DNA of 64,000 nucleotides from Vairimorpha necatrix (Eukaryota): NCBI GenBank assembly GCA_036630325.1, contig CP142730.1, positions 248,001 to 312,000 of the forward strand, read 5' to 3'. Shown piece by piece: positions 62,708 to 64,000 of this stretch (position 1 is its first letter; each line of letters starts with the position of its first letter). The notes under the pieces were generated by a model. It saw only the letters and a program-made list of their open reading frames with translations, ran no database searches and was not told where the DNA came from. The position numbers and the translations under genes were made by a program.

Positions 62708-64000
62708 TGTGGTATCCCGGGGAAACCCTCCCGGTTATAAAGTAGTATTCTAAAATACTTTTAATAAATTGTTTTTTATTTGTTTCAGTCCCTCTGGACT
62801 CTCTAACATGACGCTCCTTGGTCCTCTCATCCATCTCCTTTTATGTACCCTTCCTTTTCTGAAAATATATTTATAGTAAATTTTGTTCATGAAAATTCAA
62901 TGAGAGTTTTGACAGGGAAGGAAATAAAATAAATGTTGAAGACTAACAGTCTACAACATCCTGCCCCCTCTCAAAGCTTTAGCTGTTTCCTGTGAAACCA
63001 TCCTACTAATCCATGTACTTTGTACCATAATCCATTTTTTCCCTTTTTGCACACCTTGTATGGTCCTATAAATTTTTTATCAAGTTTGTTTCTTGAAAAA
63101 TTCTTCACATAAACAATGTCTTCGTTTTTTGGCACCTGGTCATAAATTTTTACCTTGATCATTTTATTTCTAGATCTCTCTGTATTGGTGTTTCCCTTTT
63201 TTCTAAAAGGATCATAAAATCTTATATCGGTACTTTTATCTCGATATTTTACTACAGTATCGAACTGCTCTTTTAATTTTTTATTAGTAGTTTTAACAGC
63301 ATTACATTCGCCTACTACTTCCATAATTTTATTATTTTTAATCCAACTACCTTTTCCAAATGCTTTATTTCTTTCATCTTTGGTTTATTCCTGATATATT
63401 TAATATTAATATCTTTAGTTTTCGCTGTATAATTTTTTTACTTTTATCTTATCTTCTTTTTCGATTTTTTTATCTTCCACTATGCAAATTCTTTCAATCA
63501 TTGCCTTGTCTAATGTCTTTTCTTCTATTTCTTTGTATTCAATAAATTTAATCAATTCATTATCACACATTACCACTTTATTTTTGTATCTAGAACACAA
63601 TTATTACCAAATAAAAAATCTCCACCTAAGATTACCTCATGCATACATTTATCAAAAATATATGGCTTAATAGTGTAATCTCTATCTACACCTTCAAATT
63701 TAAAATTAAATTCTGTTGATCTATTAGTAGCCATCACCTCGCCATTTGCTATAACTGTTTTAATTAACTTATTCTTTTTTGACTTTAAATTTAATTTATG
63801 GACTAGTTCTTTAGATATGAAGCTTCTGCTAGCTCCACTATCAAGTAATGTTTTTATTTTTAAGCCATTTATTTCGGCTCTTACCCTCGTTTCACTGATG
63901 GGATCTTTCACTTCTTCCATAATATTCATTTCATCACTTCTTGTTTGGCGGTTATCATAATGCGCCTTTTTATCTTTATTAGAAAACAATCAACTGAGTT
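62708..64000 (-). mobile_element. Gypsy-derived element 3' part: protease, integrase-like tail, LTR 62708-62958
   Basis: LLDSGAS protease 63570-63989; GPY motif in 62971-63324; PPT GAGAGGGGGCAGGA; no RT. Confidence 0.85.

Overview
This is very AT-rich eukaryotic DNA with no introns seen, most likely a transposon-rich microsporidian genome (inferred from CCC/GGG motifs just upstream of ATGs and from the element types). It is mostly a deeply nested transposon cluster with three groups: Ty3/Gypsy LTR retrotransposons and solo LTRs (5-bp TSDs), about 17 Merlin (IS1595/ISXO2-like) DNA transposons or fragments (8-bp TSDs), and Ginger-like integrase DNA transposons. One clear host-type gene is present, a C2H2 zinc-finger protein at 51958-53106. 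Main observations: (1) several Gypsy families have no tRNA primer-binding site and instead carry a 12-bp palindrome, GTT(G/A)AATT(C/T)AAC, 1 nt after the 5' LTR, suggesting a tRNA-independent priming or dimerisation mechanism; (2) a 10-kb segment bounded by Merlin ends and a perfect 8-bp TSD carries the zinc-finger gene and splits another transposase, like a bacterial composite transposon; (3) an intact 3,449-bp Gypsy element has identical 69-bp LTRs and a single ORF that starts inside the LTR and reads through the PBS. All coordinates and alignments were made by eye.
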